From the NCBI GenBank assembly GCA_024711155.1, contig JANJTK010000197.1, positions 4,739 to 68,738 of the forward strand: a stretch of DNA of 64,000 nucleotides, given 5' to 3'. The notes beneath the pieces were generated by a model. That model was not told the origin of the DNA, did not search any database, and worked only from the letters and a program-made list of their open reading frames with translations. The position numbers were made by a program, and so were the translations under genes. Position 1 is the stretch's first letter. Every line of letters starts with the position of its first letter. Positions 18,128 through 26,966 of this stretch are shown here, one piece after another. This stretch comes from Burkholderiaceae bacterium. GTDB taxonomy: Bacteria; Pseudomonadota; Gammaproteobacteria; Burkholderiales; Burkholderiaceae_E.

Positions 18128-18152
18128 TGAACAGCGTGTTCATTTATGAACA
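18128..18152 (+). promoter_or_regulatory. candidate operator: TGAACA-N3-TGTTCA-N4-TGAACA (inside the 11-3-11 palindrome ATAAATGAACA gcg TGTTCATTTAT, 18123-18147)
   Basis: Read directly from an AT-rich island in GC-rich DNA. It ends 44 nt upstream of the ATG of the molybdenum-enzyme large subunit. The same architecture recurs at 25791-25815 on the minus strand. Confidence 0.55.
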
Positions 18153-18196
18153 TCGCACCGGACGCCGACGACGCTCACCGACGGAGACCTGCTCGC

Positions 18197-20494
18197 ATGA
18201 CGCAGTCCAACGAATACGCGGTGATCGGAAAACCGACCCCGAAGAAGGAAGCGCAGGCAAAGGTCACCGGCGGCGCGCGCTTCGCCACCGACGTCTACCT
18301 GCGCGACATGCTGTGGGCCCGGGTCCTGCGCAGCCCCCTGCCCCACGCCCGCATCGTCTCCATCGACACCACGAAGGCGAAGCGCCTGCCCGGGGTGATG
18401 GCGGTGCTCACTGCGGACGACGTGCCGGAGGCGCGCTACGGCGCGCTGGTGCTCGACATGGGGATGTTCGCGCGCGGCAAGGTCAGGTACGTCGGTGAGG
18501 CCATCGCCGCGGTCGCTGCCGTCGACGAGGAAACCGCGGCGCGGGCGGTCCGCTTGATCGAGGTCGAATACGAGGAACTCCCGGCCGTGTTCGACCCGCT
18601 CGAGGCGATGCGCCCGGACGCGCCGCTCGTTCACGAGAACCTGCCGGGCTACAAGACACTCTTCGACCGCACCCGGCGCGCGATGACCGGCAACGTCAAC
18701 TACCAGGCCGACATCGAGTCGGGGAACGTCGACGAGGGCTTCGCGCAGTCCGACTTCGTCTACGAGGACACCTACGAGGTCCAGAAGCAGCATCCGTCCT
18801 ACATGGAACCGAACTCCACGGTCGCGCACCTGGACGAGGACGGCCGGCTCATCGTCTACAACACCACTCAGCGGCCTCACATCAACCAGGCGATCCTCTC
18901 GTCGCTGCTGGGGATCCCGATCTCGCGCATCCGCGTCATCCCTTGCCACGTCGGCGGCGGATTCGGCGGGAAGAACCGGACCCTGTCCGAACCAACGGCG
19001 GCCGCGCTCGCGTTGAAGACGAAGCGCCCGGTGCGCCTCACCTTCTCGCACGAGGAGGAGTTCACGTCGGCGACCACCCGGCACTCCGCGATCATCCGGA
19101 TGAAGACGGGGGTCAGGAAGGACGGCACCCTCGTCGCCACGCAGGTCAGCCTGTACTACGAATGCGGCGCCTACGCGCCGACCCCGAACGCGGTGTGGCT
19201 CGGCGCGATCTCGTCCTCCGGACCGTACCGGATTCCGAACGCCAGGACCGAGGCGTTCTCGGTGTACACGAACAAGATGATGGGTGGCGCCTTTCGCGGA
19301 TACGGCGCGCCGCAGTCGAATTTCGCGCGCGAATCGCAGATGGACCGGATCGCCCGCGACCTGAACATCGATCCGATCGAGCTGCGGCTGAAGAACTGCC
19401 TGGTCCCGGGCGACTCGCTGCACACCGGCCAGCCGCTGCACAGCGTGCGCATCAAGGAGGCGCTGCTCAGGGCGCGGGACATGGCGCAGTGGAACACGCG
19501 CAGGCACGACGGCAACCGCGCGCTCGGCGTCGCCTGCGGCATCTTCGCCTGCGGGGGCTTCGCGACCTCGGCCGTCGTCAAGCTGCACATGGACGGCACC
19601 GCGTTCGTCGCGACCGGCGCGATGGACATGGGCCAGGGCTTGCGCACCGTGATGGCGCAGATTGCCGCCGAGGAACTCGGCATGTCCGCCGACGACGTGA
19701 CGGTGGCGATCGGCGACACCGACCTGACGCCCTTCGACGTGGGAATCTTCGGCGACCGGGGAACGCACACCACCGGGTTGGCGGTCCAGATGGCTGCCGC
19801 CGACGCCAGGCAGCAACTGGTGGCCGCGGCCGCCGATGCGATGGGCGCGAAGGCCACCAACCTGGAGTTGCGGGACCGCACAGTGATCGATCGAAGCACT
19901 CCCGGGAAGATGCTCCATTTCCGCGACGTCCTGGGAGGCGGCCAGTACAAGAAGGGCGGACCGATCATCGGGAAGGCGTCGATCAACCCGTCCGACACGC
20001 CGTTCGATCCGAAGATCGTCCAGGGCGCGGCCTCGAGGATGTTCTCGACCTACACCTTCGCCGTGCACATCGCGGAGGTCGAGGTGGAGCGCGCGACGGG
20101 GATCACGCGCGTGCCGAAGGTCTACGCGGTTCACGACTGCGGCACCGTCATCAACCCCGCGGGTCTCGAGGGGCAGATCATCGGCGGCCTGGCCACCGGT
20201 CTCGGATACGCGCTGTACGAGGAGGTCCTGATCCAGAACGGCCAGGTCCAGAACCCGAGCTTTCTCGAATGCCGTCCGCCCACTGCCGTCGACATGCCCG
20301 CGATCGAGTGGGACGTGGTCGAGGAATTCGATCGCAAGGGGCCCTTCGGCGCCAAGGGCGTCGGAAACGTCTCGGTCATCAACATGGCGCCGGCCATCGC
20401 GAACGCGGTAGAGACGATCACCGGCGTCCGCGTGAAGTCGCTCCCGATCACCGCCGCGAAGATCGTCGGCGGCGCGACGGCCGAGGAGCAATGA
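18197..20494 (+). CDS. xanthine-oxidase-family molybdopterin (large) subunit, set 1 (4-hydroxybenzoyl-CoA reductase alpha-like)
   Basis: ATG 18197 lies in ORF 18146..20494 (765 aa). Motifs GKVRYVGEAIAAVAA, HVGGGFGGK, GGAFRGYGAPQ, AMDMGQG and GPFGAKGVGN are present. Confidence 0.85.
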   Translation: MTQSNEYAVIGKPTPKKEAQAKVTGGARFATDVYLRDMLWARVLRSPLPHARIVSIDTTKAKRLPGVMAVLTADDVPEARYGALVLDMGMFARGKVRYVGEAIAAVAAVDEETAARAVRLIEVEYEELPAVFDPLEAMRPDAPLVHENLPGYKTLFDRTRRAMTGNVNYQADIESGNVDEGFAQSDFVYEDTYEVQKQHPSYMEPNSTVAHLDEDGRLIVYNTTQRPHINQAILSSLLGIPISRIRVIPCHVGGGFGGKNRTLSEPTAAALALKTKRPVRLTFSHEEEFTSATTRHSAIIRMKTGVRKDGTLVATQVSLYYECGAYAPTPNAVWLGAISSSGPYRIPNARTEAFSVYTNKMMGGAFRGYGAPQSNFARESQMDRIARDLNIDPIELRLKNCLVPGDSLHTGQPLHSVRIKEALLRARDMAQWNTRRHDGNRALGVACGIFACGGFATSAVVKLHMDGTAFVATGAMDMGQGLRTVMAQIAAEELGMSADDVTVAIGDTDLTPFDVGIFGDRGTHTTGLAVQMAAADARQQLVAAAADAMGAKATNLELRDRTVIDRSTPGKMLHFRDVLGGGQYKKGGPIIGKASINPSDTPFDPKIVQGAASRMFSTYTFAVHIAEVEVERATGITRVPKVYAVHDCGTVINPAGLEGQIIGGLATGLGYALYEEVLIQNGQVQNPSFLECRPPTAVDMPAIEWDVVEEFDRKGPFGAKGVGNVSVINMAPAIANAVETITGVRVKSLPITAAKIVGGATAEEQ

Positions 20495-20495
20495 C

Positions 20496-21518
20496 ATGCA
20501 GGCCCTTCCGGAATTCGAATATTTCGAGCCCGCATCGCTGGAGCAGGCGGCGCAGTTGCTGCGCGACGTCGGCGAGCAGTGCATGGTGCTCGGCGGCGGG
20601 ACCGACCTCGTCCCGTCGATGCGGCAAGGCCTGTTCCGGCCGAAGTACCTGCTGTCGCTGCAGGCGATCGACGCGCTGCGCGACATCCGCTGGGACGATC
20701 GAACCGGACTGGACATCGGCGCACTCGCGACGCTGCGCAGCGTCGAGTCGCACCCCGACGTGCTGCGGCGCTTCCCGCTCGCCGCGCGTGGCGCTTTCGA
20801 GGTCGCGTCGCCGTCGCTCAAGCAAATGGCGACCGTCGGCGGCAACCTCTGCCTGGACACGCGCTGCTACTACTACAACCAGTCCGAGCAGTGGCGGGAG
20901 TGCAGCACCGCGTGCCTGAAGATGGGCGGCGAATTCTGCAAGGCGTCGCCGGGCGGGCGGGCGCGCAAGTGCTTCGCGGCGTTCTCGGGCGACCTGGCGA
21001 CGACGCTCGTCGCGCTCGACGCGCAAGTGACGCTGCTGTCGGGGCGAGGCGAGCGGACGCTCGCGCTGCGCGACTTCTACACCGGCGACGGCGCGAAGCC
21101 CAACGTCAGGCAACCCGACGAGATCCTCACCCGCGTGCTGATTCCGGCTGCCAGCAGCGGCCGCATCGGCTCGTACCGGAAGTACCGCATCCGCGGTTCG
21201 ATCGACTACCCGATTGCCAGTGTCGCGTTGACGGCGCGGCCGACGGCGAACCCGGACGTGTTCGAGGATCCGCGCCTCGTCGTCAGCGCCGTGACGACGC
21301 GGCCTGTGGTCGTCAAGGGCGTCGAGGAGCTCGTGGCCGGGAAGCCGCTGGACGAGGCGCTGATCGAGGCAGCCGCGCAGCTCGCCCGCCGCGCCGCCAT
21401 TCCGGTGGCGAACACCGCGGGGGTGCGCACTCACCGCAAGCACGTCGTCCACGAGTTCGCGCGGGAAGCGTTCGCCGACCTCGTCCAGCAGGCGCGAAGA
21501 GCGCCGCTGCCATCCTGA
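20496..21518 (+). CDS. FAD-binding (medium) subunit, set 1, with Cys-rich insertion (putative extra [4Fe-4S] site)
   Basis: ORF 20496..21518 starts 1 nt after the large-subunit stop. It has a CoxM/XdhB-like fold (VLGGGTDLV, VGGNL). A roughly 37-aa insert reads CLDTRCYYYNQSEQWRECSTACLKMGGEFCKASPGGRARKC. Confidence 0.85.
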   Translation: MQALPEFEYFEPASLEQAAQLLRDVGEQCMVLGGGTDLVPSMRQGLFRPKYLLSLQAIDALRDIRWDDRTGLDIGALATLRSVESHPDVLRRFPLAARGAFEVASPSLKQMATVGGNLCLDTRCYYYNQSEQWRECSTACLKMGGEFCKASPGGRARKCFAAFSGDLATTLVALDAQVTLLSGRGERTLALRDFYTGDGAKPNVRQPDEILTRVLIPAASSGRIGSYRKYRIRGSIDYPIASVALTARPTANPDVFEDPRLVVSAVTTRPVVVKGVEELVAGKPLDEALIEAAAQLARRAAIPVANTAGVRTHRKHVVHEFAREAFADLVQQARRAPLPS

Positions 21519-21532
21519 ACGGGGTCACGAAC

Positions 21533-22069
21533 ATGAAACAGGCGCTGACGCTGCAGATCAACGGCCGATCGCACGAGTTGCTCGTCGAGCCCCGCCGGAC
21601 GCTGCTCCAGGTGCTGCGCGAGGACCTCGCGCTGACGGGAACCAAGGAGGTCTGCCTGCTGGGATCCTGCGGCGCGTGCACCGTGCTCGTCGACGGCAAG
21701 CCGGCGCTCTCCTGCCTCGTGCTGGCAGTGTCGTGCCGCAACCGGCAGGTCACCACGATCGAGGGACTCGCGCGCGACGGCGAACTGCACCCGCTGCAGC
21801 AGGCGTTCATCGACAAGGGCGCAGTGCAGTGCGGCTACTGCACGCCCGGCATGATCATGGCCGGGAAGGCGCTGCTCGACGAGCACCCGGCACCGACCGC
21901 CGCGCAGGCGCGCCAGGCGATCGCGGGGAACCTGTGCCGCTGCACAGGATACGCGCAGATCGTCGACGCAATCGTGAGTGCAGGCGGCGCGTCGGGACCT
22001 TGCTGCGGCGGCGTGCCGGCGCAGCCCGCCCTTGCGGCCCCGTACCTGATGCCGGAGACCGGCGAGTAG
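21533..22069 (+). CDS. [2Fe-2S]-binding (small) subunit, set 1
   Basis: ATG 21533 lies in ORF 20579..22069. Cluster motifs [20 protein letters not shown] and CRCTGY are present. Confidence 0.88.
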   Translation: MKQALTLQINGRSHELLVEPRRTLLQVLREDLALTGTKEVCLLGSCGACTVLVDGKPALSCLVLAVSCRNRQVTTIEGLARDGELHPLQQAFIDKGAVQCGYCTPGMIMAGKALLDEHPAPTAAQARQAIAGNLCRCTGYAQIVDAIVSAGGASGPCCGGVPAQPALAAPYLMPETGE

Positions 22070-22082
22070 GCGGTCCACCGAC

Positions 22083-23036
22083 ATGGACACCGCGTTCTCC
22101 GACGCGCCCGACATCAGGATCTCGGTACGCCAGGTCTTCGGATTCGACTCGGACCTTCAGGTTCCGGCGTTCAGCGAAGCGAGCGAGCACGTGCCCGATC
22201 TCGACGAAGCGTACTGCTTCGACCTCGAGACCACGATGGCGATCCTGGTCGCGTTCGCCCACAACCGTCGCCTGCTGATCCAGGGTCGCCACGGCAGCGG
22301 CAAGTCGTCGCACATCGAGCAGGTCGCAGCGCGCCTGAACTGGCCGACGGTGCGCGTCAACCTGGACGGCCAGATCACGCGCACCGACCTGATCGGCCGC
22401 GACGCCATCGTGTTGCGCGAAGGCAAGCAGGTCACGGAATTCCGTGAAGGCATCCTGCCGTGGGCCTTCCAGCATCCGGTCGCGCTCGTCTTCGACGAGT
22501 ACGACGCGGGCCGCCCGGACGTCATGTTCGCGATCCAGCGGGTGCTCGAACTCGAGGGCCGCCTGACCTTGCTCGACGGCAACCGCGTCCTGCGCCCCCA
22601 CCCCGGGTTCAGGCTCTTCTCGACGGCGAACACGGTCGGGCTCGGCGACGCCACGGGCCTGTACCACGGCACGCAGCTGCTGAACCACGCGCAACTCGAC
22701 CGCTGGAACCTGGTCGCACGACTCGACTACCTCAGGCCCGACGACGAGATCGGGATCGTCCTGGCGAAGACACGCGGATACGACGATGACGAAGGCCGCA
22801 AGGCCGTCGCGTCGATGGTCGCGATGGCGAACCTGACGCGTTCCGGTTTTGCCGCCGGGGACGTCTCCGCCGTGATGTCGCCGCGGACAGTCATCACCTG
22901 GGCCGAGAATGCGCGCCTCTTCGGCGACGTTCGACTGGCGTTCCGCCTGACCTACCTGAACCGCTGCGACGACTTCGAGCGACCGATCGTTGCCGAGTAC
23001 TACCAGCGCTGCTTCGACGACGACCTCGGCGCGTAG
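22083..23036 (+). CDS. cobS: CobS-like AAA+ (MoxR-class) ATPase
   Basis: ORF 22083..23036 starts 13 nt after the small-subunit stop. Walker A is [13 protein letters not shown] and Walker B is LVFDEYD. There is strong by-eye resemblance to aerobic cobaltochelatase CobS ([57 protein letters not shown]). Confidence 0.8.
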   Translation: MDTAFSDAPDIRISVRQVFGFDSDLQVPAFSEASEHVPDLDEAYCFDLETTMAILVAFAHNRRLLIQGRHGSGKSSHIEQVAARLNWPTVRVNLDGQITRTDLIGRDAIVLREGKQVTEFREGILPWAFQHPVALVFDEYDAGRPDVMFAIQRVLELEGRLTLLDGNRVLRPHPGFRLFSTANTVGLGDATGLYHGTQLLNHAQLDRWNLVARLDYLRPDDEIGIVLAKTRGYDDDEGRKAVASMVAMANLTRSGFAAGDVSAVMSPRTVITWAENARLFGDVRLAFRLTYLNRCDDFERPIVAEYYQRCFDDDLGA

Positions 23037-23061
23037 CGCAGCGACGCGCGAAGATCATCGA

Positions 23062-24948
23062 ATGTCCGAGTCCGATCCGGCGCACGATCCGCTCGCGCGA
23101 CTCTGCGCCGTGACCGCGGCGACGATGCGCGCGCTGGCGGGCCGCGCGGACATTCCGCTCCCGTTCGCCCCGGACCCCGTCGGCCCGGGGATCCCGGACG
23201 CCCGCACGGCAGAGCCGGACGCAGCTCTCGCCGGCGATGCCCTCGCCCGCTTTCGCGGCGACGCCGACGCAGTTGCGTTGCGCCTGCGCCTGCACGACCC
23301 CGCCCTTCACGCGCGCCTCGCGCCCGCCGGCGGCGACGCCCGCGCCGCCTTCGACGCCCTGGAGCAGTTGCGCGTCGAAGCGCTCGGCGCGATCCACATG
23401 CGTGGCGTGGCCGCGAACCTTCGCGCCGCCGCGCAGGCGCGATGGCATACGCGCTGGCTCGACGCCGCGCACGGTCGCGATACAGCGCACCGTGGCGACA
23501 CCGCACCCGTCGCCGACCTCCTGGCGCTGCTCGCACGCGAGCGGCTCACTGGCGACCGCTGCTGGCCGCGTGCGGCCGATGGCGTCATCGACCGCTGGCG
23601 CACCCGGCTCGATGCCAGCGTCGAGCGTCGACTCGATAGACTCGTCGACGCCGTCGCCGACCAGGACCGCTTCGGCGAGCAGGTGCGTCTCCTTCTTTCC
23701 GAGGCCGAGCTCGACGACGCATGCCCGCCGAAGATCGAGTCTTCCGGGGGAGCACCCGAACCCGACTGCGACCGTCCCGACGACACGCCTCGCGACGAGC
23801 GCGCGATCGACGCCGCCAGCGTGGAGCCCGACGCCGCGCCCACGCGTGCACTCGAGTCGAGTGCCCCGCTGGCCGGCCGCGACGAAGAGCACGGCACCGA
23901 GGCCGCCCCGCAGGGGCCGGCGCCCGCTGCCGTGCAATCGGCGCCGGCGGCGGCCTGCGCGCCGCCCTCTCGCTATCGGCCATTTACCACTGCGCACGAC
24001 GAGGTCGTCACGCCGGGCGACCTGCGCGATCGCGGCGAGTTGCTGCGGCTTCGCGCGCTTCTCGACGCCCTGATCGCGGCGAGCGGTCGCGCGACCTCCC
24101 GCGACGCCGCCCGCCTGCAGCGCCAGCTGCTCGCCAGCACCCCCCGGGGCTGGGACTTCGAGCTCGAGGCAGGCCTGCTCGACACCGCGCGCCTGGTGCG
24201 CACGATCGTTGCCCCCGACAACGCACGCATCTACAAGAGCGAGCGCGAGGAGCGCGTCCCCGAGACGACCGTCACGCTGCTGGTCGACAACTCGGGATCG
24301 ATGCGCGGGCGACCGATCGCGCTCGCAGCGATGACCGCCGACATCGTCGCGCGCACGCTCGAGCGCTGCGGCATCGGCACCGAGATCCTGGGCTTCACGA
24401 CCCGCGCATGGAAGGGTGGCCGTTCACGCAAGGACTGGGTCGCCCAGGGCAGGCCGCCGGCCCCGGGCCGTCTCACGGACCTGCGGCACGTCGTCTACAA
24501 GTCGGCCGGCACGCCGTGGCGGCGCGCCCGCGTCGGCCTTGCGCTGATGCTCGACGAGGGCCTGCTGAAGGAGAACGTCGACGGCGAGGCACTCCTCTGG
24601 GCGCACGCGCGGCTGCTCGCGCGCCCCGAGCGACGGCGGATCCTGATGGTGGTCTCCGACGGCGCCCCGCTGGACGACTCTACGACTTGTACGAACGCAC
24701 CCGACTACCTCGAACGGCACCTGAGAGAGGTCATCGCGTGGATCGAGCGCCTGTCCCTCGTCGAGTTGACGGCCATCGGCATCTGCCACGACGTCTCGCG
24801 CCATTACCGTCGGGCCCTGACCCTCGACGATGCGGAGCAGCTGGGCAGCGCGGTGATCCGGGAACTGGGTGCGCTCTTCTCGCCATCCCGGAGCTCGGGC
24901 AACCGGGGGTCGGAGCTGTCAGGCCGCCCTCGTCATGGACCCAGGTAG
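23062..24948 (+). CDS. cobT: CobT-like von Willebrand factor A (VWA) protein
   Basis: ATG 23062 lies in ORF 22990..24948 (628 aa). The C-terminal VWA domain has the MIDAS motif [14 protein letters not shown]. CobT-like blocks follow ([60 protein letters not shown]). Confidence 0.8.
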   Translation: MSESDPAHDPLARLCAVTAATMRALAGRADIPLPFAPDPVGPGIPDARTAEPDAALAGDALARFRGDADAVALRLRLHDPALHARLAPAGGDARAAFDALEQLRVEALGAIHMRGVAANLRAAAQARWHTRWLDAAHGRDTAHRGDTAPVADLLALLARERLTGDRCWPRAADGVIDRWRTRLDASVERRLDRLVDAVADQDRFGEQVRLLLSEAELDDACPPKIESSGGAPEPDCDRPDDTPRDERAIDAASVEPDAAPTRALESSAPLAGRDEEHGTEAAPQGPAPAAVQSAPAAACAPPSRYRPFTTAHDEVVTPGDLRDRGELLRLRALLDALIAASGRATSRDAARLQRQLLASTPRGWDFELEAGLLDTARLVRTIVAPDNARIYKSEREERVPETTVTLLVDNSGSMRGRPIALAAMTADIVARTLERCGIGTEILGFTTRAWKGGRSRKDWVAQGRPPAPGRLTDLRHVVYKSAGTPWRRARVGLALMLDEGLLKENVDGEALLWAHARLLARPERRRILMVVSDGAPLDDSTTCTNAPDYLERHLREVIAWIERLSLVELTAIGICHDVSRHYRRALTLDDAEQLGSAVIRELGALFSPSRSSGNRGSELSGRPRHGPR

Positions 24949-24970
24949 GCTCGACGCGCGCGATCGTCGT

Positions 24971-25765
24971 TCAGCTGTTGCCGCCCGAACTGCGGCGCAC
25001 CCGCACGAGTTGCGAGACGATCCCGACGGCAATCTCGGCGGGTGTGTTGTTGCCGACCTTCTCGCCGACGGGACAGACGATCCGGTCCACGAAGGCGGGG
25101 TCCAGCCCTTCCCGGGCCAGCTCGCGCCTGAGCGCCTGCCCCTTCGACTTGCTGCCGATGACCCCGAGATAGGGAAGCGGCAACGCGGCCGCGGCGATCG
25201 CCTTCAGCACCGGAACGTCGGTGGCGTGCCCCATCGTCATGACGAGCACCATCGATTGCGGGCGGACGCGCCGCACGCCCTCCTCGAACTCCGGCACCTG
25301 CACCGCTTCGAGCGCCTCCGCACGCGGCAGGCGGTCGAGCCAGTCAGCGCGGACGTCGATGCAGGTGACGCGGCAATCCAGTTCGACGAGGAAGCGGCAC
25401 AGCTTCTGCGCCACGTGCCCGGCGCCGAAGATGACGATGTCCCAGTCGAGATCGGGACGCTGCACTTCGAAGAAGACCGCGGCCTCGCCGGCACACGTCA
25501 TGCCCAGGTCCTTCATCAGATTGAACCGCGCGAAACGCGTACCCGCGCCGGCCTCGCCGGCAAGCATCTCCAGCGCGATCTCCCGGCATCGGCTCTCGAG
25601 CCGCCCGCCCCCGACCGTTCCGAAGAAGAGCCCGTCGCGGGTGAACAGCGCGCGCGCCCCCACGACCTGCGGAATGCTGCCGCGGGCATCGACGAGGGTG
25701 GCGACGCAAAACGCGGCTCGCGCGCTCAGCAGCGCCTCGATCTGCCTCAACAGGATCGCGTTCAA
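24971..25765 (-). CDS. xdhC: XdhC/CoxI family molybdenum-cofactor insertion chaperone
   Basis: ORF 24971..25765 with a TTG start and GGAGA 7 nt upstream. The N-domain reads ATLVDARGSIPQVVGARALF. The Rossmann-like C-domain reads IVIFGAGHVAQ. Confidence 0.8.
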   Translation of the reverse strand: MNAILLRQIEALLSARAAFCVATLVDARGSIPQVVGARALFTRDGLFFGTVGGGRLESRCREIALEMLAGEAGAGTRFARFNLMKDLGMTCAGEAAVFFEVQRPDLDWDIVIFGAGHVAQKLCRFLVELDCRVTCIDVRADWLDRLPRAEALEAVQVPEFEEGVRRVRPQSMVLVMTMGHATDVPVLKAIAAAALPLPYLGVIGSKSKGQALRRELAREGLDPAFVDRIVCPVGEKVGNNTPAEIAVGIVSQLVRVRRSSGGNS

Positions 25766-25790
25766 CCGGATCTCCGTGCCGCGGCCTCAG

Positions 25791-25815
25791 TGTTCAGACA
25801 TGAACATAATGTTCA
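25791..25815 (-). promoter_or_regulatory. candidate operator, second copy: minus strand reads TGAACA-N3-TGTTCA-N4-TGAACA
   Basis: The plus strand reads TGTTCA gaca TGAACA taa TGTTCA. It ends 25 nt upstream of the xdhC TTG start, in the same orientation relative to its gene as the site at 18128-18152. It includes the 8-1-8 palindrome ATGAACAT a ATGTTCAT (25800-25816). Confidence 0.55.
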
Positions 25816-25878
25816 TAAAAGTACAATCTGGCAGCCGAACCGTCAACCTCAGGAAGCGACCTGACAGGCCGCTGGCGG

Positions 25879-26703
25879 TCACGCGTCGTCCCGGTACCCG
25901 AACAACTGCGAGAGCACGCGCGCCGCTCCGGTCACCGCGCTCTCGACCCGGGCCGAGACCTGCGGGTCGAAGCGCGAGTCCGGTCCGGCCACGCTGATCG
26001 CCGCAATGACGCCGCCGAGACGGTCCCGGACCGCGGCGGCGCATGCGTCGACGCCGCGCTCGAAGCCCGACCGGCTCCACGCGCATCCGCGCGCCTGGTC
26101 CTCGGCAATCCGCCGGTCGAGCGCGGCGTGAGAGGCCGGCGTCTTCCCGGGCATGGAGGCGAGCGGCCCCTTTCCGAGAAGTTCGCGGCGACGCGCCGAA
26201 GGCAATCCTGCAAGCAGGATTCGCCCCGGGGCCGTGACGTGCGCAGGCACCCGGCTGCCGACGCGAATGTTGCTGACCAGCAGCGTGTTGGGTAACTCCT
26301 GCAGCAGGTACACCATCTCGTCGCCCGACAGGACTGCGAGATGCGCCGAGAACTGCGTCTCGGCGGCGAGTCGTGCGAGGATCGGCTGCGCCAGGCGCAA
26401 CAGGTCCCGGTCGCCGAGTGCGGCCGCCGCCATCGCGAGGAAGCGCGCTCCGACGCGGTATCCGGCTGCGCCCGGCGCGCGCTCGACGATTCGCTCGTGC
26501 TCGAGCGTGTCGAGCAGCCGGGCGAGCGTGACCCGATTGATGTCGAGTTGTCGCGCCAGGTGACTCAGTGGAATCGTTACTCCGCCGGCCGCTATGTAAT
26601 CGAGCAGCCGCATTGCGCGCTGCACCGGGGAGATCAGGTAGACCCCCTGGGCATGCTCCGGACCGGACGATTCGTCCGCCGGGCCGGACTTGCCGAGTGC
26701 CAT
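25879..26703 (-). CDS. IclR family transcriptional regulator
   Basis: From ORF 25879..26898, trimmed to ATG 26703 (GGGAGG 9 nt upstream). The product (MALGKSG...) has an HTH (LSHLARQLDINRVTLARLLDTLEHERIV) and an effector domain (GSRVPAHVTAPGRILLA). Confidence 0.8.
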   Translation of the reverse strand: MALGKSGPADESSGPEHAQGVYLISPVQRAMRLLDYIAAGGVTIPLSHLARQLDINRVTLARLLDTLEHERIVERAPGAAGYRVGARFLAMAAAALGDRDLLRLAQPILARLAAETQFSAHLAVLSGDEMVYLLQELPNTLLVSNIRVGSRVPAHVTAPGRILLAGLPSARRRELLGKGPLASMPGKTPASHAALDRRIAEDQARGCAWSRSGFERGVDACAAAVRDRLGGVIAAISVAGPDSRFDPQVSARVESAVTGAARVLSQLFGYRDDA

Positions 26704-26966
26704 TGTTCGCATCCTCCCGAAGACCGCGGCGCCGCCGACGGGCCGGCCCGGGCGGTCGCTGCTGCATCGCCGCAAACGTGCGGAACAGGCTCCGATTCTA
26801 GCCCGCTCGGCATCCTGCCCCGACTCATTCCAGAATCTCGTTCCTTTTTTGACTTCGGTCAATGACGCGTCGCGCCGGCAGGGAATAGCGTGAGGCACAC
26901 AACAAGACCACGCACTGTGAGCGCCCCACTGCGCCGCGGCCGAGTCGCGAATCGGAGACCCGCATC

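Noticed and set aside
18146-18196. ATG at 18146 as the start of the molybdenum large subunit (the ORF-track start).
   Set aside because: This ATG lies inside the palindromic operator. The added 17 residues (MNIAPDADDAHRRRPAR) are not family-like. ATG 18197 (MTQSNEYAVIGKP) matches typical N-termini of this family.
18140-20860. 906-aa minus-strand ORF opposite the set 1 molybdenum large subunit. Similar long shadow ORFs lie at 28896..31283 (-), 31091..32530 (-), 49011..50990 (-), 50758..52071 (-), 52429..54294 (-) and 61597..63837 (-).
   Set aside because: All lie antisense to ORFs with clear family motifs. Their translations are dominated by R/A/G/P/D runs without recognisable domains. High GC suppresses stop codons on the opposite strand.
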